64,000 bases of DNA. It comes from Thermoplasmata archaeon. GTDB taxonomy: Archaea; Thermoplasmatota; Thermoplasmata; Sysuiplasmatales; Sysuiplasmataceae. Below are positions 48,211-57,810 of this stretch, in pieces. The first letter of the stretch is position 1; every line of letters starts with the position of its first letter. The stretch spans positions 18,496-82,495 of the forward strand of contig JAJZXY010000003.1 in the NCBI GenBank assembly GCA_021806165.1, read 5' to 3'. The translations under genes and the position numbers were made by a program. The notes beneath the pieces were generated by a model, which saw only the letters and a program-made list of their open reading frames with translations, did not search any database and was not told the origin of the DNA.

Positions 48211-48669
48211 ATGGAATCGTCGAACAAGGAACTGACAAAAATAGCGGATCTGACGCCCGAATCCAAGAGCGTCAACGTGATAGCAAAAGTCTTATCGGTG
48301 GGAGAGGCAAAGGAAATCCCATCAAGGTTCGGGCCTTCAAGGAAGGTTGCGGAAGTGCCTATAGCGGATGACTCCGGGACCGTTGTCCTCAGTCTCTGGC
48401 AGGACCAGATTGGTACAGTCGGAGAGGGAGAGACGATACAGATAGAGAATGGATACGTTTCACTTGTGAAGGGTCACATCAGGGTGAACGTCGGGAAGTA
48501 CGGTAAGATAGCAAAGAGCGAAGTGGACGTCAGCGACACCAACACAGGCGTCAACGTCAGCGACAAGGAGTATGAGATGCCCGAGAGGCGCCCATACCGT
48601 GGCGGTGGCGGAGGCGGCGGCGACAGGAGAAGGTCGTTTGGCGGTCGGGGCGGCGACAGGCGTTTCTAG
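48211..48669 (+). CDS. ssb: single-OB-fold single-stranded DNA-binding protein with RGG tail
   Basis: KIADLTP..VNVIAKV, IADDSGTVVLSLW, IENGYV, VNVGKYG; Gly/Arg-rich tail. Confidence 0.9.
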   Translation: MESSNKELTKIADLTPESKSVNVIAKVLSVGEAKEIPSRFGPSRKVAEVPIADDSGTVVLSLWQDQIGTVGEGETIQIENGYVSLVKGHIRVNVGKYGKIAKSEVDVSDTNTGVNVSDKEYEMPERRPYRGGGGGGGDRRRSFGGRGGDRRF

Positions 48670-48719
48670 ACAGGCCGCAGGCAGTTGAGTTTTTGCCTCA
48701 CCGTCAAACCGTTTAACTT

Positions 48720-48754
48720 CGCAGGCCGTGCTGCCTGCGATGCCTTTATTTTTT
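48720..48754 (+). terminator. hairpin plus T-tract after ssb
   Basis: CGCAGGC/GCCTGCG stem followed by TTTATTTTTT. Confidence 0.55.
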
Positions 48755-48814
48755 GCAGGCCCCTTTTCAGGCTAAGTTCATGTTAAATATCTGGAAAGTT
48801 TACAGGAAAATTGC

Positions 48815-48904
48815 GCCGCAGTAACTCAGACTGGGAGAGTGTGAGACTGAAGTGAATTACTCACAGAAATCTCAAAGTCGCCGGTTCAAATCCGGTCTGC
48901 GGCA
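48815..48904 (+). tRNA. tRNA-Phe(GAA) with 16-nt intron at position 37/38 (48853-48868)
   Basis: Acceptor GCCGCAG/CTGCGGC-A, anticodon arm TGAGA-CT-GAA-G|A-TCTCA, GGTTCAAATCC T-arm, TATA-like TTAAATA at 48783; CCA not encoded. Confidence 0.95.
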
Positions 48905-48937
48905 TCCCTGCTTCCGCGGCTCTGGCCGCCATCTGTT

Positions 48938-49423
48938 CTATTCGTCTCCCAGATGCCTTCCGTAAACGCTCACTATGTCCCTGTAGCCCATGCCTTTGTA
49001 GAAGCCCAAGGCTATGAGGTTCAGCGAGGGAAACTCCGCTGAAACCATGGTTATGCCCCGCCTCCCCAGTTCACTGTACAGCTGGGATATCAGCTTCTTG
49101 CCCAGCATCTTTCTCCTGAATTCAGGCATCACGTAGAATTCGGTGATCCTCGCCTCCTGCCTCGGGAGGTAGTATATCCTGTTGTGTATGTCCGCCTTTA
49201 CAACGCCAACCGCCTTCCCTTCCGCCTCGACAACGAGCATTATGTACTGCTTCTCCTGCCTAATCGCCTCGCGCAGGGACTCCTTCACTTCGTCCGCCGG
49301 CGGCTCTGCGACCTGAAACGTAGGATCAAACTCCTGGTTGAGAAGTTTCAGCCTGTGTATCATGTCCATCACTGCCCCAACATCACTCTCTTTCATCTTC
49401 CTTATCTCTGGTTCATCACTCAT
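48938..49423 (-). CDS. GNAT-family acetyltransferase
   Basis: ITEFYVMPEFRRKMLGKKL, NLIALGFYKGMGY. Confidence 0.88.
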   Translation of the reverse strand: MSDEPEIRKMKESDVGAVMDMIHRLKLLNQEFDPTFQVAEPPADEVKESLREAIRQEKQYIMLVVEAEGKAVGVVKADIHNRIYYLPRQEARITEFYVMPEFRRKMLGKKLISQLYSELGRRGITMVSAEFPSLNLIALGFYKGMGYRDIVSVYGRHLGDE

Positions 49424-50783
49424 CTTCACCGCCTCCTGGCAGGTTCCTGATATATTTCTCCTCGAGCATCCTTCTGTACATGTTCCTGTTGCTCTCAATC
49501 AGCTCATGAGCAGTCTTGAAAAAGAATTCCCTCGACCCGGATTTTCTCGCAAGCCCCATCTCGGAAGCTTTCGCAGCGACGGCTGAGGCAACACGGGGAT
49601 ACAGTTCCCACTCCTCCATGGTGGGCACTATCCTCTCGGGCCCGGGGTCCGAGACAAAATCCGCTATCTCCCTGGAAGCAGACAGCATTATCTCTATGTT
49701 CACACCAGTTGCCCGCGCATCAAGTGCACCCCGGAAGACGCCCGGGAAGACAAGGCTGTTGTTGATCTGGTTGGGGAAGTCGCTTCTGCCTGTGGAGACA
49801 ACTGCGGCACCGGATTCGAGGGCGAGTCTCGGCCATATCTCAGGCACAGGGTTTGCCAGCGCGAAGACTATGCCTTTGCCGTTCATGCTCCTTATCCACT
49901 CGGGCCTTATCGTCCCGGGTCCCTGCCTGGAGGCTGACAGGACGACGTCGGCGCCTTCAAAGGCCTTCGAAGCCTCCCCCTTTATCCTGTCTGAATTTGT
50001 GGAGAGTGCAAGTTCGTATTTCCACGGGTTGTTGATCATCATGCTGTCAAGATCCTTCCTTTCGCTGTCTATGACTCCCCCGGAATCCACCATCCTTATG
50101 TTGCCCGCCCTGACCCCTGCGGCTATGATCAGCTTTGCGGTCGCTATATTGGCTGCACCGGAACCCATAAGGACCACCTTCACATCCTTCAGTTTCTTGT
50201 CAACTACCCTCAGTGCATTGATCAGGCCTGCAAGTGTTATGCAGGCTGTCCCCAGCTGATCGTCGTGCCAGACAGGTATGTTGAGTTCCTGCTGCAGCTT
50301 CTCCTGTATGTAGAAGCACTTTGGAGACTCTATATCCTCGAGGTTGTATCCTCCAAAGGAGGGTTCAAGCGCCTTTGCCACACCAATGAACTGCTCCCTG
50401 TCTGCCGCCCTTACTGGTATCGGGATTGCATTCACCGCCCCAAGGTAGTTGAAAATCAGAGCCTTTCCCTCCATGACAGCCATGGCAGCCTCCGGGCCGA
50501 CGTTGCCAAGGCCCAGCACCCTGGTGCCGTCTGTCAGTATTGCGGTGCTGTTCCACCGGCCTGTAAGCTCGAACGACTGATCCCTGTCCCTGGCTATTTC
50601 GAGAGAAACTGCCGCCACGCCTGGTGTGTACCATATGGAGAAATCATTCAGGCTCCTGACGGGCACCTTGGGAAAGGTGTTGACCTTGCCCTTGTAAAAG
50701 CGCGAGTATTTTAGAGCCAGCTCCTTGAATCTGTCGGTCCTCTCTGATTCGCCGCCATTTTCACTGTTTTCATGTTCAAGCAT
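49416..50783 (-). CDS. NAD(P)-dependent malic enzyme
   Basis: YTPGVA, TDGTRVLGLG, MEGKA, NLEDI, HDDQLGT, ALANPVPEI, TGRSDFPNQINN. Confidence 0.95.
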   Translation of the reverse strand: MLEHENSENGGESERTDRFKELALKYSRFYKGKVNTFPKVPVRSLNDFSIWYTPGVAAVSLEIARDRDQSFELTGRWNSTAILTDGTRVLGLGNVGPEAAMAVMEGKALIFNYLGAVNAIPIPVRAADREQFIGVAKALEPSFGGYNLEDIESPKCFYIQEKLQQELNIPVWHDDQLGTACITLAGLINALRVVDKKLKDVKVVLMGSGAANIATAKLIIAAGVRAGNIRMVDSGGVIDSERKDLDSMMINNPWKYELALSTNSDRIKGEASKAFEGADVVLSASRQGPGTIRPEWIRSMNGKGIVFALANPVPEIWPRLALESGAAVVSTGRSDFPNQINNSLVFPGVFRGALDARATGVNIEIMLSASREIADFVSDPGPERIVPTMEEWELYPRVASAVAAKASEMGLARKSGSREFFFKTAHELIESNRNMYRRMLEEKYIRNLPGGGEDE

Positions 50784-50864
50784 TTCAAATCACCATGATT
50801 TCAAAGCGCCGGGTACTGCGAGATGACCTGCAGCCAGAAACTAACTCTCTATTGAACATTGCGA

Positions 50865-51437
50865 TCACCCGAATAGCAGTTCCAGTATCTCCCTGATGCT
50901 TGATTCCCAGTAACTTTCAGCAAGCGATTCAAGCGTATAGTCCAGGAGCGCAGTGCCATCGGAGGCCTCGGCCACAACTCCACCGGATGCAGACAGATCC
51001 GGCACAATCTCAAATCCGCTGTAACCGGCCGCCTCCGCCGCATCCTCCTTCCTGACATGAAGCACATCCGCGCCAAGCTCAGTTGCGGCTCCGGCGATCA
51101 GGGCGGATGTCCACTTCGACCTTGTCCCGCTGTCAAGATTCCTTACCATTGAAATGAACTTCTCCTTGACACCAATGAGACTATCCCTATGAACCTTTTC
51201 GAATTCGGCTGCAAGTTCTGCATCCGTGCTTCCCGAAGATGCCATGCGCATCCTTTCAATCTCCTCGTACAGTTTGCGGCCGTACTCGGCCTTGATTGCC
51301 TCCAGTTTGAAGCCGGCAGCCGTCTTCTGCTTCTCACCCTCGGCAACGGCCTCGGCAATCAGGCCCGCCGCAATCCTGCTTGCCTCTACTGCTATTTCGT
51401 CTGACCTCGTTCGGCGCGTCCTCCTCTGTCTTGTCAT
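50865..51437 (-). CDS. A/V-type ATP synthase subunit E-like protein (divergent)
   Basis: Helical N-terminus; C-terminal GGVVAEASDGTALLDYTLES...ELLFG matches the subunit E signature. Confidence 0.7.
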   Translation of the reverse strand: MTRQRRTRRTRSDEIAVEASRIAAGLIAEAVAEGEKQKTAAGFKLEAIKAEYGRKLYEEIERMRMASSGSTDAELAAEFEKVHRDSLIGVKEKFISMVRNLDSGTRSKWTSALIAGAATELGADVLHVRKEDAAEAAGYSGFEIVPDLSASGGVVAEASDGTALLDYTLESLAESYWESSIREILELLFG

Positions 51438-51802
51438 GAACCTCCCCCTGCGTGCCTTGGCCGGGAGACAGAACCAATCCTTCCCACGTACAGTTCAAAT
51501 CCAGCCATCAGACTTGTTACCGCTGCGGATGCCCTGGAGCGGGCCCTCTCTGCGAGAAGGTGTGCCCTCACCCTTCCCTCTGAGAGTCTGGACACTGAGA
51601 GGCGCTCCGCATCCAGCCTCATTACATCCAGCAGCCGTTCGCTGCATGACCCGATATCATCCATGCACTCAAGGATGGCGGCCTCGGCATCTCTGCTCGC
51701 CCTGCGGCAAATCACCATTGCCTCAATCTCTGCAATCCCTGTGAGAAGTGCAGCCCTCGCCCTTGCGTCCTTTACCGAGTCAACGGGTATTTCTCTCAGC
51801 AT
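51434..51802 (-). CDS. helical hypothetical protein, possibly ATP synthase subunit H/G-like
   Basis: 122 aa, Ala/Arg/Glu-rich (IAEIEAM..RRASRDAEAAI); ATGA-coupled to the E-like gene. Confidence 0.5.
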   Translation of the reverse strand: MLREIPVDSVKDARARAALLTGIAEIEAMVICRRASRDAEAAILECMDDIGSCSERLLDVMRLDAERLSVSRLSEGRVRAHLLAERARSRASAAVTSLMAGFELYVGRIGSVSRPRHAGGGS

Positions 51803-51928
51803 CGGCTCTGAAGGAAATATCGGCGGAAATCTACAATAATGAAAAGCTTGACATGTGAAGTGCCCGCCTTTTAAACCTGGGGCCTGAGGGCGGTGACCTG
51901 AAGCATCGGCACTCTTTGCTGAGCTGCT

Positions 51929-52684
51929 TCACTTCGCGAGTTTCATCACGAAATGCTTTGCCTGCTCGAACTCAGGCATCTTCATTACCTCTGCCTTGTC
52001 GTAGTCTACAATCCTGCCATTGTACAGAAGGTCGATGGAGTCTGAAACCCTGTTTGCCTGACCCATGTCATGCGTTACAAGCACGACGGTGTACTGGTTG
52101 CGGAGCTCCATCATCAGGTCCTCTATCTTGCCCTTTGCGATAGGGTCGAGCGAGGAAGTGGGTTCGTCCATCATCAGCACTTCAGGCTGCACAGCAAGCG
52201 CCCTGGCGATGCAGAGTCTCTGCTGCTGGCCACCTGACAGCTCCAGCGCACTCTTGTCAAGCAGGTGCTTGACCTCATCGTAGAGACCGGCACTTACAAG
52301 GCTGTCGTGGACGATTTCGTCGAGCTTGGTCCTTGTAAGCTTCATATGCAGCTTCGGACCAAAGGCAACATTATCGTAAATCGACGCAGGGAATGGATTG
52401 GGCTTCTGGAAAACCAGGCCTATCCTGCGCCTGAGCGAAATCACCCTGTAGTCCCTGACATCCTTTCCGTGGAACAGCACCTGCCCGTTCTGCCTGAGCT
52501 TGGGATACAGCTCGGTGAGTCTGTTGAATGTCCTGATAAGCGTGCTCTTTCCGCTTCCGGAGGGCCCGACGATTGTATTTACAGCATTTTCCTTGATGGT
52601 GAGGTGGACATTGCTCAATATCTGCTGCCTGTCTGTGGCGACATTGAGGTCCCTGACTTCTATGATTCCTGGCATTCTGATCAT
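51929..52684 (-). CDS. pstB: phosphate ABC transporter ATPase
   Basis: GPSGSGKST, VFQKPNPFP, LSGGQQQRLCIARALA, DEPTSSLDP. Confidence 0.95.
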   Translation of the reverse strand: MIRMPGIIEVRDLNVATDRQQILSNVHLTIKENAVNTIVGPSGSGKSTLIRTFNRLTELYPKLRQNGQVLFHGKDVRDYRVISLRRRIGLVFQKPNPFPASIYDNVAFGPKLHMKLTRTKLDEIVHDSLVSAGLYDEVKHLLDKSALELSGGQQQRLCIARALAVQPEVLMMDEPTSSLDPIAKGKIEDLMMELRNQYTVVLVTHDMGQANRVSDSIDLLYNGRIVDYDKAEVMKMPEFEQAKHFVMKLAK

Positions 52685-53553
52685 CTGATCCTGCTTATGT
52701 ATTTTGAAACCAGCAATATAGAAAATATAGATGTAACTAGAACAAGTGCCGCACTATATGCCATCGAACGGGCATAGACGGTGTTCTGCTGAAGGCTGTA
52801 ATAGACGACATATGTCAGGTATGCGACAGGTTGACCCAGGAAGCTGGTTGTGTAGCCGTTGTTGAAAAGTGCTGTGTAGAGAAGCTGCGCTGTCTCCCCT
52901 GCGGCGATGCTGACAGCCAGCAGCACGCCGGTGAGTATTCCGGCCCGGGCCTGCGGAATCAGCAGCCTGAACGATATCTGGAAGTTGTCTGCGCCAAGCG
53001 CGTAAGCTGCCTCCCTCGTCTGCCTGGGGATGTTGGAGTATGAAATTTCGGAAATCCTGAGCACGTACGGGATCATCATCACTCCGAGCGTCACACCGCC
53101 GGCTATGAGGGAATATCCGAGGCCGAGCTGTATCACAAGGACGAGATATCCGAAGAGGCCCAGAACGATGGACGGGATGCTCGTCAGCACGTCTACGAAG
53201 AGGCGCAGGACCCCTCCTGAAACGCGGCTGCTGTATTCGGAAAGGTAGAGAGCTCCGAACATGCCGACAGGCACAGCGAGCAGCAGTCCGGTCAGAACAA
53301 GCTCCCAGGTGCCTGCAATTGCATTCGCAAGCCCGCCGGTCTGTGTATTTCCAACGGTTGTCAGCATCTTGACGGTCATGACCCCCAGACCCTTCAATGC
53401 GACAAAACCCACAATGGCAAGGAGGAGGCCAGACATGAATGCCAGTATGACATATCCAATGATGCGGACAATCATGTCGGAAATGACTCTCCTGTCATAC
53501 TTCGACTCATATCCAGCCAGGTCTCTTCCGGCCGGAAAATCGGCTTCAGTCAT
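52681..53553 (-). CDS. pstA: phosphate ABC transporter permease
   Basis: GGLANAIAGT, LTSIPSIVLGLFG, REAAYALGA, AGETA. Confidence 0.93.
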   Translation of the reverse strand: MTEADFPAGRDLAGYESKYDRRVISDMIVRIIGYVILAFMSGLLLAIVGFVALKGLGVMTVKMLTTVGNTQTGGLANAIAGTWELVLTGLLLAVPVGMFGALYLSEYSSRVSGGVLRLFVDVLTSIPSIVLGLFGYLVLVIQLGLGYSLIAGGVTLGVMMIPYVLRISEISYSNIPRQTREAAYALGADNFQISFRLLIPQARAGILTGVLLAVSIAAGETAQLLYTALFNNGYTTSFLGQPVAYLTYVVYYSLQQNTVYARSMAYSAALVLVTSIFSILLVSKYISRIR

Positions 53554-54523
53554 TCTCGAACCCCCTGAGCGCTCCTCTTCCGACAATCGCCCTGCCTGCA
53601 AGGTTCACTATCAGCGATATCAGGACAAGCACCAGGCCAAGCTCAACCAGTGCGGACAGGTTCATTCCGGTGCCGTCTATGAACGCACTGTCAAGGGCTG
53701 CCGCAATCTGGGCGGACATGGTGTTTGTCAGGGAGAATATGCTAGTTGGAAGAACATTGACTATGCTGCCGCTCACCATAAGGACAGCCATGGTTTCCCC
53801 CAGGGCCCTCCCTGTCCCAAGGAGAGTCCCGCCGACAATCTGCTTCCTGGTATTACCAAGCAGGACATGCTTGCCAACTTCCCACTTAGTTCCTCCGAGC
53901 GCATAGACGCCTTCCTTCAGTTCGCGAGGCTGGGAGTGCATAGATTCGGAAATTACAGCTGTGACTATCGGAATGATCATAATGCTCAGGATGAGGCCTG
54001 CGGCCATAATTCCGGCTCCCGATATTATCTGCCCCTGGAACCCGACGTATTTCATCCATGGCATGATGTTGTGGAGCAGCACCGGCTCCAGAACTATCAC
54101 TCCCCAGAGACCGTAGACAACGCTTGGTATGCCGGCAAACAGCTCTACAAGGACCGAAAAGGGGCGCTTGAGCCTGTCAGGCGTATAGAGGTTGATTGTC
54201 AGCGAGAGGAATATGCTGACTGGAAAGGCAATGAGTATCGCAAAGCCTGTTGTGATAAGTGTCCCGACAAAGAAGCTCAGGAGTCCAAAGGAGGACCTGT
54301 AGGGCGCCATGACCCCGTGGAAAGAGATCGGGTTGGCGTAGACATTGCCTGGATACCACAGGTATGACGTGAAGAAACTGAATCCCGTATACCGCATGGA
54401 GGGGATTGCCTTGTATATCAGGAAGGAGAAGAGTATAAGCATGATGGCCATGGGCACCAGCGCCATGGCTAAAGTGAAAATGAAAAAGAGGTTTTCAGAA
54501 GGTTTTCTTTCTTTCCAGTTCAA
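53546..54523 (-). CDS. pstC: phosphate ABC transporter permease (TTG start inferred)
   Basis: ELFAGIPSVVYGLWG, ILSIMIIP, GRALGETMAV. Confidence 0.93.
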   Translation of the reverse strand: MNWKERKPSENLFFIFTLAMALVPMAIMLILFSFLIYKAIPSMRYTGFSFFTSYLWYPGNVYANPISFHGVMAPYRSSFGLLSFFVGTLITTGFAILIAFPVSIFLSLTINLYTPDRLKRPFSVLVELFAGIPSVVYGLWGVIVLEPVLLHNIMPWMKYVGFQGQIISGAGIMAAGLILSIMIIPIVTAVISESMHSQPRELKEGVYALGGTKWEVGKHVLLGNTRKQIVGGTLLGTGRALGETMAVLMVSGSIVNVLPTSIFSLTNTMSAQIAAALDSAFIDGTGMNLSALVELGLVLVLISLIVNLAGRAIVGRGALRGFEND

Positions 54524-54528
54524 TACAA

Positions 54529-55617
54529 TCAGCCCGATATCTTGTTTATCAGGGGTGTCACTATCTGGCTCACAACTGCCTGCGGCAGTGGTGCCAGGTT
54601 GAGTGGCGATATGAACTTGCTCTGGCTTCCGCCGGATGTCGAGTTGACTGCCCACTCCAGGAATGCAACCAGTGCAGCTGCGGTGTTAGCATTAGGCTGT
54701 ACCTGCTTGACAATGAGGTACTCGAGGTCAACGATGGGGTAGGAGTTGTTCCCTGGAGCGAACTGTATTGCGAGCCTGCCGTCTGCCGGTATCTGGCTGA
54801 GATAGTGGTTTGCTGCCGCCATCACAGTGGACTGGCTCATTGTGACGAACTGCCCTGCCTGGTTCTGGAGAGCGGCTATTCCAAAGCCTGCGCTGTGTAC
54901 CTGTGCCTCGTATGTTGTTGCAATGTATCCAATGCTGTAGGGTGTGGAAGTCATCTGGCTGATTATGCCCGAGTTGCCCTGGCCTGTAACTGCGGCCGGG
55001 ACGCTCGGCCAGTTGACATTTGTGCCGAAGCCGACATTGTTGTTCCACCAGCTGTCAGACTTGCTCAGGAATTCGGTGAACATGTTAGTGTCACCGCTTC
55101 CGTCCGACCTGTGGACCGGGACAATGACATGGCTGGGGAATGTCACACCTGGATTGAGTGCGGCAATCTGCGCATTGTTCCAGTTGTTGATTGATCCGTT
55201 GTATATGCCTGCAAGGACCGTCCCGTTGAAATGAAGTGTATTTGAATTCAGGCCAGGTATGTTGTATGCCACATACTGGGAAGAAATCAGTATCGGTATG
55301 TTCAGCATTCCCGGGTTCTGCTGTACCTGCGTGTTTGTCATGAATGCATCTGAGGCACCAATGACAACAGTTCCTGCAATCGCGCCGGATATACCTGCTC
55401 CACTGCCTGTTCCGGCAGTTGTGATCTTGTTTGCCGAATAGTTTCCGGCCCAGATGTTGAATACGGGATAGAGCAGAGTAGACCCGGTTTCAGTCAGGGT
55501 CACCTTTGACGATGGAGACTGGTTTGAGCTTCCGTGCCCGTAAACCACGTACGCACCAACGCCTGCGATGACCAGGACCACCACCAAGCCAATTACTATA
55601 CTTGCGGTCTTGTTCAT
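54529..55617 (-). CDS. pstS: phosphate-binding protein
   Basis: N-terminal TM, TGSTLLYP, GTGSGAG, GASDA, RSDGSGDT, YPI. Confidence 0.95.
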   Translation of the reverse strand: MNKTASIVIGLVVVLVIAGVGAYVVYGHGSSNQSPSSKVTLTETGSTLLYPVFNIWAGNYSANKITTAGTGSGAGISGAIAGTVVIGASDAFMTNTQVQQNPGMLNIPILISSQYVAYNIPGLNSNTLHFNGTVLAGIYNGSINNWNNAQIAALNPGVTFPSHVIVPVHRSDGSGDTNMFTEFLSKSDSWWNNNVGFGTNVNWPSVPAAVTGQGNSGIISQMTSTPYSIGYIATTYEAQVHSAGFGIAALQNQAGQFVTMSQSTVMAAANHYLSQIPADGRLAIQFAPGNNSYPIVDLEYLIVKQVQPNANTAAALVAFLEWAVNSTSGGSQSKFISPLNLAPLPQAVVSQIVTPLINKISG

Positions 55618-55755
55618 GTTTTACCAGACGTGCCAGAAGTCAAGGATGACTTGAACGCATCCGCAATAAAAAACAGAGTGCTATATTGACTATATTCTCA
55701 AATTAGCCCGTCGCAGAATTGGCCTGACCCGTCACGGGAACCACACGGATTGAGC

Positions 55756-56580
55756 TCATATTCTGAATGGGCTGTCGTGGGGTATGGCCGGGTCATCAAG
55801 TCTCCTCGACAGCAGATAGTATGTCCTTCCACCTGATGACTTGGAGGACACGGCAGTGTATCCGTTCCTGAAGAGTTCGCTGAAGATGCGCCTGGTGCCT
55901 GAACGCCATTCAGATGCCTCTCCCGGAAAGCGTGACTTCAGGGACACATAGTCATATGGAATCTCGACCACGACCTCATCCCCGGTTGCATCATATATGG
56001 CAGAAATCTTCCGAAAATCGCCTTCTATAATCCCGGTGGCATTGAGCGTGTTGAACCGACCGGGATCGAATTCGACAGGTCTCCTGTCAGATTCCACCCA
56101 CCACTCCGCGACAAACCTGTCTGTCTGCGATCCTGCATTGAGCCTGTCCACCATCGCACCGTAGAAATTCGGGAGGTAGGTTCTCGCGATTGCACCCAGC
56201 TTCCTGATGTTGAAGACTGCATTCATGCTCATCAGCGGATCATAAGTCCAGGCTATCAGCCTGAAGCCGTTCTTCCTGGCCCACTCCCGCTGTGCCTGCT
56301 TGAGACGCAGGCCCACTCCACCGTATTTCCTCTCCTCCAGAATACCCGTCATGTGGGAATAGAGGTAGAAAAGGTCGCCCTTCCTGCCTATGAAGGAATA
56401 CTGGAATCCGATCATCCTGCCTTCATCGTATGCGCCCAGGACCAGACCGCCGTGGTACTCAAGCGCATTCAGCATGTCTGTAATGAACGACTCAGGCCTC
56501 TCCATCCCCCAGGCGCTCATCGCCACAGGGAATATCTCCTTCATCCCTTCCGGCGACTGCACCTCCCTTATGTCCACCAT
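55756..56580 (-). CDS. GNAT-family acyltransferase (COG3375-like)
   Basis: GGLVLGAY, LYSHMTG, LKQAQREWA, WTYDPL, NAVFNIRKLGA, NFYG, DRFVAEW. Confidence 0.85.
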   Translation of the reverse strand: MVDIREVQSPEGMKEIFPVAMSAWGMERPESFITDMLNALEYHGGLVLGAYDEGRMIGFQYSFIGRKGDLFYLYSHMTGILEERKYGGVGLRLKQAQREWARKNGFRLIAWTYDPLMSMNAVFNIRKLGAIARTYLPNFYGAMVDRLNAGSQTDRFVAEWWVESDRRPVEFDPGRFNTLNATGIIEGDFRKISAIYDATGDEVVVEIPYDYVSLKSRFPGEASEWRSGTRRIFSELFRNGYTAVSSKSSGGRTYYLLSRRLDDPAIPHDSPFRI

Positions 56581-56613
56581 TGCAACTTCCCCCTGATGTG
56601 CCCTCTCTGCAAG

Positions 56614-57768
56614 TTACAGGGTGCCACCCGCGACCACCTCTGACAGTATGCCGTAATACAGAGAATCTTCGTCGAGCCTGAACCGTGAGCTGTGCTTTGA
56701 CCTTCTGGTTGATTCGCCGCTTCCTGTCCCCAGGAAGGCAAACGCACCCTTTCTCTCATGAAGGTAGTAGGCAAAATCCTCGCTCCCCATGGTTGGATTG
56801 CATGCCACCATCTTCACCCATGGCGAAATGGCACCGGAAAGGGAGGCTGCGCACCCTGAATCATTGATGACAGCAGGTCCCTCCGAAAACCATGAAATCG
56901 CGTGTTTGAGCCCGAAGGAGGAGGATGCATCTGCAAGCAGCCGTTCCAGCCTGCCCTTCAGTACCCCTTTTGTTTCAGCGGAGAAGTACCTTATTGTTCC
57001 CTTGATACCAACCTCCGACGGAATCACATTGGGGGCCCTTCCTGCCTCCAGCTGTCCAAATGAGATAACTGCCCTGTCCAGCGGATCTATGTTGCGGGAA
57101 ACGATGCTGTTGGCATTCATTATGAAAGATGAGGCTGCGGTTATTGTGTCGGCTGCAAGGTGAGGATAGGCGCCATGGCCGCCCCCGCCGTAGAGCCTGG
57201 CCGAAAAGAGGGAGTTACCGGCCATTGCAGGTCCGTCCAGCACCGCCATGGTGCCTGTGTCGAGGGAGGGCCATACATGCAGTCCGAAAATGCGGTCTAC
57301 GCCGTCAAGCACCCCTTCTGATATCATCATCCTTGCCCCCTGTCCCGTTTCTTCAGCAGGCTGGAAAATGAGCCTGACAGGGATGCCTGCCCGGGAGAGG
57401 ATGACACCAGCGCAGGCAAGGATGGCCGAGTGTGCATCATGGCCACAGGCATGCATAGCGCCCTGGTTCATGCTGGAAAATTCCTCCCCTGACTCCTCCA
57501 CTATGGGCAGAGCGTCCATGTCCGCCCGGATGGCAACCCTGGGACTTGGTCCCGTGTCACAGACAACTGAAGGGAAGCCATAACCAGTGGGTTTGAGCCC
57601 GTGAGCGGCAAGGAATGCGGACAGATGCTTTGCAGTTCCGTGTTCACCCATGGAGAGTTCTGGATTGGAGTGTATCTCCCTTCTCAGGCGGATGCACTCC
57701 GGCATGATTGACCGTACCTGGTCCACAAGACCAGAGAATGGCATTCCGGGGGCGCCTTCATCAGCCAT
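56614..57768 (-). CDS. M20D amidohydrolase
   Basis: HSNPELS, RADMDALPI, MHACGHDAH, FQPAEE, GSEDF. Confidence 0.93.
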   Translation of the reverse strand: MADEGAPGMPFSGLVDQVRSIMPECIRLRREIHSNPELSMGEHGTAKHLSAFLAAHGLKPTGYGFPSVVCDTGPSPRVAIRADMDALPIVEESGEEFSSMNQGAMHACGHDAHSAILACAGVILSRAGIPVRLIFQPAEETGQGARMMISEGVLDGVDRIFGLHVWPSLDTGTMAVLDGPAMAGNSLFSARLYGGGGHGAYPHLAADTITAASSFIMNANSIVSRNIDPLDRAVISFGQLEAGRAPNVIPSEVGIKGTIRYFSAETKGVLKGRLERLLADASSSFGLKHAISWFSEGPAVINDSGCAASLSGAISPWVKMVACNPTMGSEDFAYYLHERKGAFAFLGTGSGESTRRSKHSSRFRLDEDSLYYGILSEVVAGGTL

Positions 57769-57810
57769 GGAATCCAGATTGCCACGTCGGATATCAAGAT
57801 AGCTGATGGA

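Noticed and set aside
48815-48940. Integrated element at tRNA-Phe
   Set aside because: No integrase and no duplicated tRNA 3' end seen in the window
53261-54367. 368-aa plus-strand ORF
   Set aside because: Antisense shadow of pstC/pstA
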